Source of the DNA: Torpedo marmorata
Taxonomy: Eukaryota
NCBI GenBank assembly: GCA_977017645.1
Contig: OZ360232.1
Location: forward strand, 20,832,001-20,896,000
Reading direction: 5' to 3'
Length of the DNA: 64,000 nt
Positions 1 to 12,964 of this stretch are shown piece by piece. Below the pieces are notes generated by a model. The model worked only from the letters and a program-made list of their open reading frames with translations, made no database searches and was not told the DNA's origin. Position 1 is the stretch's first letter; each line of letters starts with the position of its first letter. A program made the position numbers and the translations under genes.

Positions 1-679
1 CAGATTTAATATCATCACTCATATGCTTCAATATCAACTACATTGTGTAGATAAAATGTAGGCTGGCTCTGTTATACTTATGACAATGCTTAATGTAAGA
101 GAATAAAGAGGAATTTCTATGGAGGTAAGAAAAATAAGGGCCTCTGCATCAGAAGCATTATCATGCAAAAACATTTTAAAAGCTGACTTGATCTGCAAAG
201 ACCTGCCTCATTGTCAATGCTTCACACAGCTGTCATTGAAGTTTTTCAAGTATGACCTAGGACTTGTTCCATCATGGACAGCTTTGTGATGGTGAAGGTT
301 TAAACAACATTAAATTTCCATACTCCTGGATCTTTTTGACCTATCACAGGCGACATTTGTCAGTTTGAGCTATCTGCTGAACTGTGATGTGCCAGAAACA
401 TTCTCTGCCAAGCAACACATTAAATTCCTGTCCCTAGAGGAGGGGCCCAGTATTTTTATTGTGACAGGTTTCTTAAAATGCAGACTCTTGTTGATAAGTT
501 ACATATGGACACCTGCACTACTCACAGAGGGATTTTGGCTTCTAAAAATAGAGAATAATTTCAGTACAGTATATAAATGTGCTGGCAACTGTAGCACGAG
601 GGGCATATAAAAATGAGGTGGTGAAGTGGTGAAGCTGTAACACAAGACGGCATATGTGCTGAATAACAAAACCTGTATT

Positions 680-797
680 AGATAGATAGCCCTTCAGCTC
701 AACTTGTCCATGCTGACCAACTAGAACCACTTGCCTTCTTTAAGCCCATATCCTTCTAAACCTTTCCTATCCACATACCTGTCTAAATGTCTTTTAT
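680..797 (-). mobile_element. Degraded CR1 LINE 3'-end fragment
   Basis: cccatatccttctaaacctttcctatccacatacctgtctaaatgtctttt resembles the reverse complement of the CR1 ORF2 end and 3' UTR seen elsewhere in the window. Confidence 0.6.
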
Positions 798-1039
798 GAC
801 GATCGCATAAAAGCATGACAGGTCTTTCAATTTTGTCATAAATGGTGATAAAAATTTATGTGGCTCACTGGAGAAGGAAACTCCAAGCATATCTCCATCC
901 TGTGAGTATCAAGGCTGAAAGGTTTCCAGTCACATTCAGCAAATGGGTTGGGCGAAGCACCTCTTGTAGAGCCACAAGTGTCAACCAAACTATCATAATG
1001 TAATAATGAGATACTTCTGATTCTCCAAGGTAAAATTTT

Positions 1040-1729
1040 ATCCAAGGGGACCAATATCCTGGCACAGAGTTTTTCTAGTCAGGAGGGTTTAAACTAGATT
1101 GGCAGTGGGGTCAGGGCCAGAACAGAAATGAGATGGGGTAAAATAGTGTACTCAAAGAGAGCAAGTTTAGGCAGCAGCACAGCAAAGAAAAAGGAAAGAC
1201 CAAGTGTTTAAACTGTATTTATTTCAATGCAAGAGGTTTAACAGGTAAGGCAGAGTGTGGATTGGCTCAGGAAACTCTGGAGTATTCTAGACCTAACAGA
1301 AACATGGCTGAGTGAAGGGCAAGACAAGCAGCTGAATGTTCTGTGTTACAGACATTATGAGCATGATAGAGGTGCAGATAAGAGAGGAGCAGCTATTGCC
1401 TTTTTGATGAGGGAAGACCTAACAACAGGGAAGCTATGTGGGTAGGACATAGAAACAAGATGGGAATGATTATTTTAAGGGACTGTAATGTAGGTGCCAC
1501 AGTAGTCAATGGGAATTGGAGAAGCAGATATGCAGGGAGGTCACAGATGACTGAAAGAACAATAAGGTAGTATTACTGGGAGATTTTAAGTTCCATAATG
1601 TTAATTATGCAAAGAGCTCGGGCAGGGTATTATTTGTTCAAGAAAATCTGCTAAATCAAAACATTAAGGGCCCTACCAGAGAGGGGGCAACACTGGACCT
1701 CCTCTTTGGGTACAAGTAGAGCAAGTTAT
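1040..1729 (+). mobile_element. Old CR1 LINE, first segment (ORF1 end, endonuclease start); host of the L1 insertions
   Basis: gagggtttaaactagattggcag (ORF1 end), CIYFNARG, LTETWL, GDF and LDL motifs with many stops. Resumes at 9468. Confidence 0.8.
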
Positions 1730-3396
1730 AATTGTATTAAAATGAATATCTTTCCAAGAGTTCAATACCTTTTTCAATCTATACCTTTTGGAATTCCTCA
1801 AAAATTTTTTAAAGATTTAAAAATCATTGTTAGAAAATTTTTATGGAAAGGAAAATTAGCAAGGGTAAGTATGGATAAATTAACTTGGGAATATGAGATG
1901 GGTGGATTACAACTCCCTAATTTTCAATATTATTATAAGGCAGCACAATTAAAGTTTATTAATGATTTTTTTGATTTAACTAAATCTACTGCTTGGATTA
2001 ATATAGAATTGAATAATATAGGGGAAAGATATAAGGAAGATATTATTTATAAATGGAATTCTAAATTATTATTAGTTAAAAAGAAAAAATCACCGATTAT
2101 TAAACATTTACTGGAAATCTGGACTCAATTAGACAATGAGATAGGACGAAAAGGGTCATTATCTTTGAATATGCCATTGTATCAGAATTTATTGTTACCT
2201 TTTTCTATTGATAATCAATTTTTAAAATTATGGTTTCAAAAAGGAATTAAGAAGATTAAAGATTGTTTTGAGGCTGGAAGATTTGTTACATTTTCTAGGT
2301 TGAAAGAAAAATTTGGAATAATGGATAATACGATTTTGGCTTATTATCAGGTTAAAGGATTTTTAGTTGAGAAATTGGGGAATCAATTAATAACTCCTAG
2401 ACAGGATGGATTAGAATTATTAATTACTAATGGAAATGTTAACAAGTTTATATCACAAATGTATAGATTACTTCAGAGAAAGATGCTTAAGGTAGGATTG
2501 CATAAATCAAGATTAAATTGGGAATCAGATTTAAATATTAATATAGATGAAAAACATTGGAAAGAATTATGTAAATTGAGTATGACCAAAATTATTAATG
2601 TTAGATATAGATTAGTACAATATAATTTTTTTCATCAATTATATTTAACACCTAAAAAATTAAAGAAATTTAATCCGGCACTATCAGATATGTGTTTTAG
2701 ATGTAGGGATGAAATAGGTTCTTTTGTACACTGTACATGGTCATGTTTAAAAATTCAAAATTTTTGGTCTAAAGTTAAGGATTTTTTGGATAGAATTTTT
2801 AATATTACGGTTCCAATGGACCCTATGTTATTTTTATTTGGAGATATTAAAAAATTTAGTATTAGAAATAGATTGAATATGTATCAAATAGAATTTTTAC
2901 GAATTGTTTTAGCGGTTTCAAAAAAATGTATCGCTATTACTTGGAAATCAGATTTAGATTTGAGTTTAGATAGATTACATGCAGAATTACGTTCTTTTAT
3001 ACTATTGGAAAAAATTATATATAATTTACGTGATAAATATCATTTCTTTTTGAAAATTTGGAGCCCATATATCAGAATTATGGGTATGAATTAATTCTCT
3101 AGAAGTTGGTACCGCTGGCAAAAATAACCTCCAATATATAAATAGAATTAGCTTGTAATTTGTTTTCTCCTCACTTTAACTCTTTAATTCTTTATTATTC
3201 AACTCTTTTCTTTTCTTTATAACTAACATTCTTTTTTTTTCCTCTTTTACAATAGTGCTGGGGGGGTTGGGGAGGGAAGGGTGGGAGGGGGGGAGGTAAT
3301 ATATCACATGTATTTTAAATGATATACTATTTTTGATTCATGTATTTTGTGATTTTAAAATGTAAATAAAATTATAAAAAATAAAAAATAAAAAAA
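1730..3396 (+). mobile_element. 5'-truncated L1 (subfamily B): ORF2 C-terminus, 3' UTR, poly(A)
   Basis: Open frame to 3094 with GGLQLPNFQYYYKAAQ and the Cys knuckle CFRC..HCTWSC. G-rich tract near 3258-3296, AATAAA plus A tail, TSD agtagagcaagttat at 1715-1729 and 3397-3411. Confidence 0.95.
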
Positions 3397-3706
3397 AGTA
3401 GAGCAAGTTATTTTTTTAAAATATTTTATTTAAAATTTTTAAATCACAAAATACATAAAATAAAATATGAAATTATCAAAATATTTGTGATACATTTTCA
3501 CTCCCCCTCCTACCCTCCCCTCCCCAACCTTCCCAACCCCACTAATCTAATAAAAATAAAAATATAAAATAAAAATAGAAAAAGAAGAAAAAAAAAGAAG
3601 AAAGAAAAAGATAAAGAGAATGCCAAACTAAAAAAAAAGCATACATCTATAAACTAATTCTATTATGGAGGTCAGGTATGCCAGTAGATCCGATACCCAG
3701 AGATCT

Positions 3707-6700
3707 TCAAATCCTTAAACCAACAACTTTCATATATGGGCTCCAAATTTTTAAGAAAAAATGATATTTGTTACGTAAATTATAAGTAATTTTTTCAAGT
3801 GGTCTACACGAACGAAGTTCTGCATGCCATCTTTCTAATTCTAAATCTAAATCAGATTTCCAAGTAATAGCAATACATTTCTTTGAAACAGCTAAAGCAA
3901 TTCGCAAAAATTATATTTGATACATGTTTAATTTCATCTTAATACTAAATTTTCTAATATCTCCAAACAAAAATATCATAGGATCCATTGGAAATATAAT
4001 CTTAAATACTTTATCTAAAAAAATTTTAAACTTTCAACCAAAAATCATAAACTTTTGGACAAAACCAAGTAGAATGTACAAAAGAACCTTCCTCTTTATT
4101 ACATCTAAAACATAAACCTGATAATGTCGGATTAAATTTCTTTAGTTTTTTAGGTGTTAAATATAATTGATGAAAAAAATTGTATTGTACTAATCTATAT
4201 CTAACATTAATAATCTTCGTCATACTTAATTTACATAATTCTTTCCAATGATTTTCATCTATTATTACATTCAAATCTAATTCCCATTTTAATCTTGATT
4301 TATGAATTCCTACTTTAGGAATTTTCCTCTGAAACAATTTATACATTTGAGAAATAAATTTATTGACATCTCCTTTAGTAACTAATAATTCTAATTCATT
4401 CTGTCTTGGTAAAATCAAAGCATAACCTAATTTCTCAATCAGAAAAGCTCTAATTTGATAATAAGCAAAAAGTGTATTATCTAATATATTAAATTTATCT
4501 TTCATTCTTTGAAAAGTAATAAATTTCCCAGCTTCAAAACAATCATTGATTTTCTTAATTCCTTTTTGAAACCAAATTTTAAATAATTGATTATTAATAG
4601 TAAATGGAATAAGTCCATTTTGATATAAAGGCATCCTTGAAGAAATCAATCCTTTTCCTCATATTTCCTTATCCGTCTTATTCCATATTTCTAACAAATG
4701 TTTAAGAATAGGAGAATTTTTCTTTCTTGTTGATATTAATATAGAATCCCATTTATAAATAACTTCTTCTTTGGAATCTTCTCCTATATTATTTAATTCT
4801 ATTTTACTCCAAGCAGAAGATTTCGTTGAATCAAAAAATTCATTAACAAATTTTAATTGAGCTGCTTTATAATAATTTTGGAAATAAGGAAGTTGTAAAC
4901 CACCCATTTCATAATTCCAAGTTAGTTTTTCCATACCTACTCTTGCTAACTTTCCTTTCGATAAAAATTTTCTAATAATTGAATTTAAATCTTTAAAAAA
5001 TTTTTGAGGAATTTCATAAGCAATTGATTGAAAAAGATATTGAATTCTTGGAAAAACATTGATTTTAATACAATTTACTCTTCCCATTAAAGTTATAGGT
5101 AAATATTTCCAATTTTCTAAATCTTTTTTTATTTTCACAAATAATGGTAAATAATTTAATTTATATAAATTAGCCAATTTTGTGTCAATCTTTATTCTCA
5201 AATATTTAATTCCTTCCTTTGCCCATTTAAATTGTGTAATTTCTTTACATCTACTATAATCCCCTTGTGATAATGCCATAATTTCACTTTTATCAGAATT
5301 AATTTTATATCCAGATATTTCCCCATATTCTCTCAATAACACAGACAATTGTACTAAAGATGTAGTAGATTTTGTCATATATATCAATACATCATCTGCA
5401 AATAAACTAATTTTATGCTATTCCATTCCAACTTTAATACCAACTATTTTAGGATCTTTTCTAACTGATTCTACCAAAGGTTCTATCGCCAAAATAAATA
5501 ATGCTGGTGACAAAGGACATCCTTGTCTAGTAGATCGAGTCAAAGGAAATTTTGAAGAAATTTGTCCATTTGTAACTACTTTAGCAGATGGTTCTTTATA
5601 TATAGTTTTAATCCAATTAATAAATGTACTTCCAAAACCAAATTTCCCCAATACCTTAAATAAAAAATTCCACTCTAATCTATCAAAAGCCTTTTCGGCA
5701 TCTAAAGTTAAAACTAATGGTAAATCTTCCTTCTTTTTATGTAGATTAATTAAACTAATTAATCTAGCTATATTATCTTTTGAATATCTATTTTTAATAA
5801 AACCAGCTTGATCTACATGAATTAAATCTGGTAAATAATTAGCCATTGTATTTGCGAAAATTTTTGCCATTATCTTAAAATCTACATGTAATAATGAAAT
5901 AGGTCTATATGATTCAGTTTTCAATACATCTCTATCTTTTTTTGGTATAACTGTAATTATTGCATTTAAGAAAGTATCTGGTAATGAGCGGGTTTCTGTA
6001 ATTTGATTCAATACATCCATTTATGGAGGTATTAATAAATCTTTAAACTCTTTGTAAATTTCTGATGGAAATCCATCTTCACCTGGAGATTTACCACTCT
6101 TTAAAGAAGTAAGAACTTCATTAACTTCCCACATTGAGAAAGGTAAATCTAAAGATTCTCTACTTTGGGTATTTAATTTAGGTAATATAATTTTAGATAA
6201 AAATCTAGTAATTTTAGAATCATCTTGATCAATCTGAGATTTATATAAATTCAAATAATAATCTTTAAAAGAATCATTTATTTCTCGATGTTTATAAGTT
6301 ATTTCTCTAGAGTTCTTTTTCCTTATAGCATTTATAGTTCTAGAAGTTTGATCTTTTTTTAATTGCCATGCCAAAACTTTATGAGCTCTTTCCCCTAACT
6401 CATAGTATCTTTGTTTAGTTCTTTCAATTAATTTTTCCATTTTATATGTTTGTAATAGATTATAATGTAATTTCTTCCCAATTAAATTGTTCCTTTTTTG
6501 AACTGATCTGTTTTTTTGTAAATCTTTTTCTAAACACTCAATCTCCTTCTCTAAATTTTCTACTTCCCTAAGATAATCTTTCTTAATTTTTGCTGAATAA
6601 CTTATTATTTGACCTCTTAAATAAGCTTTTAAAGCTTCCCAAATAATAAATTTATTATCAGTAGAATTAGAATTTATTTGTAAAATTTCCTGAATTTCCC

Positions 6701-7492
6701 TTATATAATCACAAAAATCTTTTCTTTTTATTAAAGAAGAATTAAATCTCCAGCTATATACTAGTTTTTTCTTTTTCCGGAATTATACAAGATATTAATA
6801 AAGGTGAATGATCAGAAATTATTCTCGCTTTATAAGATGCTTGCGTTATTCTATCTTGAACCTGTGAGGACAATAAAAATAAGTCTATCCTAGAATATGA
6901 ATCATGTCTAAAAGAATAAAAAGAATAATCTTTTTCTCTAGGATTCAATTTCCTCCAAATATCTATTAAATTTAAATCTTTCATCAAAGTAAGAACTCTT
7001 TTAGCAATTTTAGTTTTAGCAAGTGATCTTGAAGTTTTATCCATTATTGGATCTAAACAACAGTTAAAATCTCCCCCAATTAAAATATTCTCATTAGCTT
7101 CTGACAAATGTAAAAAAGAATCTTGAATAAACTGTTCATCATCTGCATTTGGCACATACAAGTTCATAAGTGTCCAGAGTTCTGAATAAATCTGACAATG
7201 TACCAAAACATATCTACCTGCCACATCTATAACTACCGATTGTATCTTAAAAGGTAACTTTTTATTAATTAATATAGCTACCCTTCTTGCTTTAGAATTA
7301 AATGAAGAAGCCACCACTTGACCAACCCATTCTCTTAAACTTTTGATGTTCCGAATCTATCAAATGCATCTCTTGTAAAAAAGCTATATCTACATTCAAC
7401 TTTTTAATATATGCTAAAGTTCTCTTTCTTTTAATCGGATTATTAAGCCCATTTATGTTAATACTTACTACATTTATTTTCTTACTATCCAT
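3707..7492 (-). pseudogene. L1 ORF2 (APE endonuclease + reverse transcriptase + Cys-rich C-terminus), fragmented
   Basis: Consecutive ORF fragments carry SININGLNNPIKR, LQE, GGDFN, SRID, SDHSP, SYRPISLL, LDAEKAFD, RQGCPLSP, FADD (near 5400) and CFRC. Multiple stops and frameshifts. Confidence 0.95.
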
Positions 7493-7774
7493 CGTAACTA
7501 AATTTTATCAAATCTCTTTCAATCAAATCTACCAGCTTTTTCCTCCAAAATTGTAAACTATTTGGCATCTCCTTAAAGAAAATGAGGAAAAATAAAAAAG
7601 AAAAGAAAAAACAAAACCCCGATGAATAAAATACTGGTACAGTTACCCCAGTATTACCCCCCCTCCAGTGCTCGAGAAGTGGCTCTCGCCACTAAAGTGG
7701 TGTATGGCTAGGAAGAAGAGACAAAAAGTCCACCTCCCCCCAACAGATTTTACAAAACATTTTTAATCATAACT

Positions 7775-9344
7775 TCATTTAACTGTTCCAATGTCCACAT
7801 TGTCTTGATCTTCTTCAATCTGGACTTGAATCTTCTCCTCTTTTCGTGAAGTACTTGGCAAAGAAATTTGTAGTGGTGAACTCTCTTGACCTTGTTGATA
7901 AACCATCTCATCTTGATCTTTGATCAAATAAGGAAGAGCTTGTGCATGCCTTAGCGCTTGTTGGGGATCCATAAAAGTAGTAAAATGATTTTCTTCAATT
8001 TGAATTCTCAAAGCCGCAGGGTATCTAAAGGAAAACTTATATCCTTTTTGCCAAAGAAGCGCTTTTGTTGAATTAAATTGTTTCCGACTTTTAACTACCG
8101 TAGAGCTCAAATCTGGATAAAAGAACACTCTATTATCATTAACCATCAGTGGAGATTTTTTCATTCTCGCATTTTGAATGGCTGCTCTTAATATTTTTTC
8201 TCTATCTTGATATCTGAGACATTTAATGAAAACTGGACGTGGTCTTTGATCCATCTGTTGATTTCGTCTCCCAATTCTGTGTGCTCTTTCCAACTCCACT
8301 GGCTTATCCAAAGGCAGAACCTGCAGAAGCCAATCTTGAAAAAATTCAGTTAGATCTTGTTTTTCAAAATTTTCAGGAAGTCCCACTATTTTAATGTTAT
8401 TTCTCCGGCTTTGATTTTCCAATTGATCCAATTTTTGTAGAAGTTGATTTCTTTGTTGTTCCCAACCTGTAAATGAATCTTCTATTTTATCAACTCTTTC
8501 CTTATGATCCACCAATTCATCATAATTATTTTTAACTTCTTCCTCAATTTCTTGAACTTTATGTCTCACTGCACTCACAGTATTTTTCAAAATTTTCATA
8601 TCTTGCTTCACCTCTTTAATTTCTTCTGCCATTGAATTAAATCTAAATTCCATATGAGATTCTAACTGTGCAATGGCCTGAAGTATTTGTTGTTGAGTTG
8701 TTCTTAATGACGAGAATTCTTTAGCTGGGTCCTCAGGGTACTCCTCAAATTCTTCCATCTCTTGTTCCAGGATTTGTTGTATTTCCTTGTCCTTTCCTTC
8801 TGAATCTGACGATGTTTCCTGCTCCACAGTGTATTGCAAAGTCTGTGGAGCGTCTCTTCTTCTGTCAGATTCGTCTGACAGTTCACGTTGTCTTTCGCGC
8901 ATGCGCGGTTGATCCAACATCATTTTTGTAGTTTTCCTTCGAGCGCCGGCGCCATCTTCCCCAGCTCCCTGGGAGAGTAGCGCTGGCGCTACAGTCTCTC
9001 TCAGCACCCTCGATCGTGCCGATTTCGGGGGAAGAAGTACCTGAGTCCCAGGCTCCAACGGACCGGTAGGCCGTTTTTCTTCTTGAAGTAAAGTTTGTTT
9101 GTTTTTTTTGGTTTTTTTTTATTATTTTATTTAAATTTTTAAATCTCAGATTACATAAAATAATTTTGCATATATTTCAAAAAATACATGTGATTTACAT
9201 TTTCTCCCCCCCCTTCCCACCCTCCCCTCCCTAACCCCTATATCCCCCTTACTCTAAAATTAAAATAATATATAGGTCTTGAAGTAAAGTTGATTGTAGC
9301 ATAACTTTCTTTGCTTTTTGTTCTCTCGTTTTTCTAGAGGCCAT
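7775..9344 (-). pseudogene. L1 ORF1 (coiled coil + RRM/CTD, Transposase_22-like), interrupted near its N-terminus
   Basis: ATG at 9344 gives MASRKTREQKAKKVMLQSTLLQ, which joins EEKRPTGPLEPGTQV in frame once the 9096-9291 insertion plus TSD is removed. Motifs LENQSRRNNIKIVGLPE, ERAHR, FYPDLS. Confidence 0.9.
9096..9276 (-). mobile_element. Short L1 3'-end insertion inside L1 ORF1
   Basis: L1-type G-tract, 3' motif and A-rich tail, flanked by the 15-bp TSD tcttgaagtaaagtt at 9081-9095 and 9277-9291. Confidence 0.9.
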
Positions 9345-9576
9345 CTAATAATGACTTTTAATTTATTTTTAAACTGTATAAAGTTATTTATAAAGACTTC
9401 TTAACTAAATCTGTGGGGAGAGGTGTATTCTCATGTCCTCCACCTACGCCATCACGCCACGCCCCCCAGTAGAGCAAGTTATTGATGTAACAAGTGACAG
9501 GGAGCACTTTAAGGCCTGTGACCATTATTCTATTAGTATTCAAATACTTATGGCGAAAGACGGGACTGGTCCACAA

Positions 9577-9821
9577 GGCACGGTTAGTGTAGCAGTTAGC
9601 GCAACGCTGTTACAGCGCCAGCAACCCAGGTTCACATCCGGCACTGTCTGTAAGTAGTTTTTATGTTCTCCCCGTGTCTGCGTGGGTTTCCTTCGGGTGC
9701 TCTGGTTTCCTCCCATCCTTCAAAATGTATGGGGGTTGTAGGGAATTGGGTGCAATTGGGCGGCACGGGCTCGTGGGCCAGAAGGGCCTGTTACCGTGCT
9801 GTGTGTGTAAAAAAAAAAAAA
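9577..9821 (+). mobile_element. tRNA-derived SINE with V-domain-like core (V-SINE/HE1-like)
   Basis: tRNA-like head ggttagtgtagcagttagc..caggttcacatcc, core tgttctccccgtgtctgcgtgggtttcc..gtgctctggtttcctccca, CR1-like tail and A run. Second copy near 44160. Confidence 0.85.
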
Positions 9822-9889
9822 TTAAAGGTCCTAAATTGGGGCAAGGCTGATTTTGGAGTAATTGGAAAGGAACTTGCAGAAATTGAAAA

Positions 9890-10058
9890 TTAAATCATGA
9901 AAATCTGTGGACACCGTGGTTGAAGTAAAAAACAGAAATGCTGTAGAAACTCAGCAGGTCAAACAGTGTCTTTTATGTAGCAAAGATAGAAATACATAAC
10001 TGATGTTTCGGACTTGAGCCCTTCATCAAAGTATGAGAAAATACCGGCAGGCGTCCGA
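9890..10058 (-). mobile_element. Penelope-like terminal fragment with hammerhead-like core
   Basis: aaatgctgtagaaactcagcaggtca..gatgtttcggacttgagcccttcatca. The same repeat end is linked to GIY-YIG C-terminal remnants elsewhere in the window. Confidence 0.6.
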
Positions 10059-11911
10059 TTGGGACAGGATGTGTGCAGGTAATTAGATGGCTGGAAAGTG
10101 GGAGCCTTCTAAAAGTGAGATAGTAAGAGTTCAGGCACAACACATTACCGTTAGGGTGAAAGGCAAAGCTGGAAAGTTTAAGGAACCCTGAATGATGAGG
10201 GAGATTGAGGAATTGGTCAGGAAAAAGGAGGCATCCTACAGATTTAAGCAGTGTAGATCAAACAAGTGCCTTGATAAATACAAGTATAGGAGTATGCAAT
10301 AGGGAAATCAGAAGGGCAAAAAGAAGACATGAGGTGGAGATGGCAGGTACGTATAAAGGAAAATCACAAGAGATACTACAGGTACATTAAATGTAAAAGG
10401 ATGGCGAGGGAGAGAATTGGTCCCATTAAAGATCAACATGGTTGTCTTTGTCAGGAGCCACAGGAGATGGGTGAGATTTTCAATGAATATTTCTCTTTGT
10501 ATTGATTATCTCTTTTTAATTTAATATGTACTATTGTCATTTTTTTTAAATTTAGTACCTGTTTGGCTGCAGCAAATAAGAATTACAGTGCATATGAAAC
10601 ATGCAACGTGCATGTCAATAAACTCATTATCATTTAGGCAGTTTCAGATTCCAGTTTTCTGATACCATCTAGTCTTTTCCTTAATTAACTATTAAATCAC
10701 TTCTATTTTTTCTAATAAAATATCAATTTATCTGATTTATTATTTGATATGTAAGATGCAGAAGCTAATTTATGAAACACAGGTACAGTAGGTGAATATG
10801 AAATCATCAGACCCCGTTGTACTGCCACAACCATCTGACACTGACTATAGAAAGGTATCTCCACTGAGAAATTTAGCAGAGCTACAAAAATAACTTGCTA
10901 ACTAAAATTCACAATATCATGTTTCATGCCGACCAAGTTGGCAATCTGGGCTCGTCCCATATACCTGCATTTGGTCCGTATCATAAGTAACAGTGGAAGC
11001 GGTTAGCTTCTTCGTTGCCATTACAAAATTTGAGTCAAAATGTACTTTATTACCATATCTACAATTTTTTAATATAAAAATAAAGCTCTTGTGTACTGAG
11101 AGGGAGCCTTCAGAGAGGATTTCAGTTTTTAAAATTAAATCTTCAATGGAATGATTGGTCAATTTTGAAGGGTTAGTAAAAAGAAGAAAAAAGTAATTAA
11201 TTTTTGCTCAGTTAAACATCCAGACGAGTCCAAAATGCCAACTTGGTCAGCATGGAAAGTAATATTGTGATTTTCACAAGCTACTGTATTGGTACTTAAC
11301 CGTGAGATTCACCATTAATGCATATGAAAGTACCGGTACTTACAAGAGATACACATCCTTAACAATGCAGAAAAGATCAACAGAGTGCTGATGTACTTTG
11401 GTATAAATGAATAATTAATGGTCTTAATTATTACTGAACCATCTCTTGGCTGTTGATAAATTACTTTTCATGTGTGCAGAATTTCATTCCTTGAGATTTT
11501 AATTACTGTTAGAGGTATATAAAATATTACTGTGAGAGGTATATAAAATATTCTTTTATGAATTTTATGTCTCTCTTACATTTCTCACCCACTTTCCCCT
11601 CCATTTATTTCACCTTTTCTACATGTTTAGATATTAAGTTAAATACTTGGATTTCCCAGTTTAGATGAATAATTCAGCAAAGGTTCTTTGTCTAACTAGT
11701 TTTAGAACACAGTAATTCCATACTGCTTACACACAGAGGACTCTAGAACTCAGTGAAATGGGTTTTTAATTAATGTACTGTCAACTGGCATATAAAAGCC
11801 CTATAAAGTAAGTGAACAGCTGTTAGCAGAATGAATAGCAAACACCTTTCATTTGCCATTGTCTGCAAAATTTAAGTCATTATTTTTAATGTAAGTGAAG
11901 GACTCATTTAA

Positions 11912-12103
<192 letters not shown>

Positions 12104-12964
12104 TAACCATGAGCTTTATACGCATAAAATATTCAAATTATCCTTTATCAAAAAGGCATTGAAGTTAAACACTGCATTCTAATTCAGCTGCATTCTCTTG
12201 CAAACTATTTTGTCTATTGTTGTTTCCATAAAGAGACAATGAGTGTGTAAAGTCTTATATGTTATTTCTTGGACATATTTGAATATGGGAATGAAAACTC
12301 TGCATGTTTTATTTTATGTAGAGGATTGAAATGAATTAATGCAGATATGGGAATGGTGTGAAATGAGTTAGCAGCATGTAATTGGAGTGACACACACTAA
12401 AATCTTCATGAGATCCAGCAGTTGCATGTCCATTTAAATGTATTTAACCTGGAATTTCTGTCAAAAGTTTAATTTTGACTGGTGGCAGCAGAGTTTTGAC
12501 ATGTCTTATGTCTTAAAGTCATATTTTGATGCCTTAATTTTCAATTTAGTAGCCTTGGTGAACTGCTGTTAATACACAAGAAATTATTTCATCGGCAAAT
12601 GCCTTTCTAGGAATCAAACCTATTCATTCAACAAACCATGTACAATTTGATATTTAAGTCGGAGATAATGAACTGCAGAATTGGAAATTCAAAATTGTTT
12701 CTTTTATCCTCAATTAAGGGAGACAAAATGTCCAGGAATTTAACACAACAGTTAAAATACTTACTTTTCAGTTTAGGAAGCATTTCATCCTGGTTAATAA
12801 GGAGTTTATGATGGAACTGTATTTTTAAAACACAATGACCATGTAAATGTATTGAAATATACAAATTGCTGTTAGAGGGTATCAATCTCTAAATGTTCTC
12901 CTTCAATGAAAATGAGTATCATGTAAAGAAATTACATTCTTGGGTATTAAATTTTATACTATTG

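Larger units (their letters stand above)
3412..9467 (-). mobile_element. Full-length, disrupted L1 (subfamily A)
   Basis: 5' end GGGGGGCGTGGCGTGATGGCG, short 5' UTR, ORF1, inter-ORF spacer, ORF2, G-rich 3' UTR and poly(A). TSD at 3397-3411 and 9468-9482. Confidence 0.96.
9468..10497 (+). mobile_element. Old CR1 LINE, continuation (end of endonuclease and linker), interrupted by a SINE and a Penelope-like fragment
   Basis: EHF..DH.S, KVLNWGKADF, REIRRAKRRHE and EMGEIFNEYF motifs, colinear with 1040-1729. Confidence 0.8.

Noticed and set aside
1-1040. Upstream gabrg2 exon
   Set aside because: No frame resembling the extracellular domain was found; earlier exons lie outside the window.
1706-1729. 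N-terminus MGTSRASY of the 462-aa ORF
   Set aside because: It derives from host CR1 and TSD sequence with a TTG start; the L1 is 5'-truncated.
9577-9650. tRNA gene
   Set aside because: tRNA-like SINE head with a degenerate B box, continuous with the SINE body.
11502-11549. 24-bp tandem duplication containing TATAAAA
   Set aside because: Simple slippage duplicate in an AT-rich intron; no promoter evidence.
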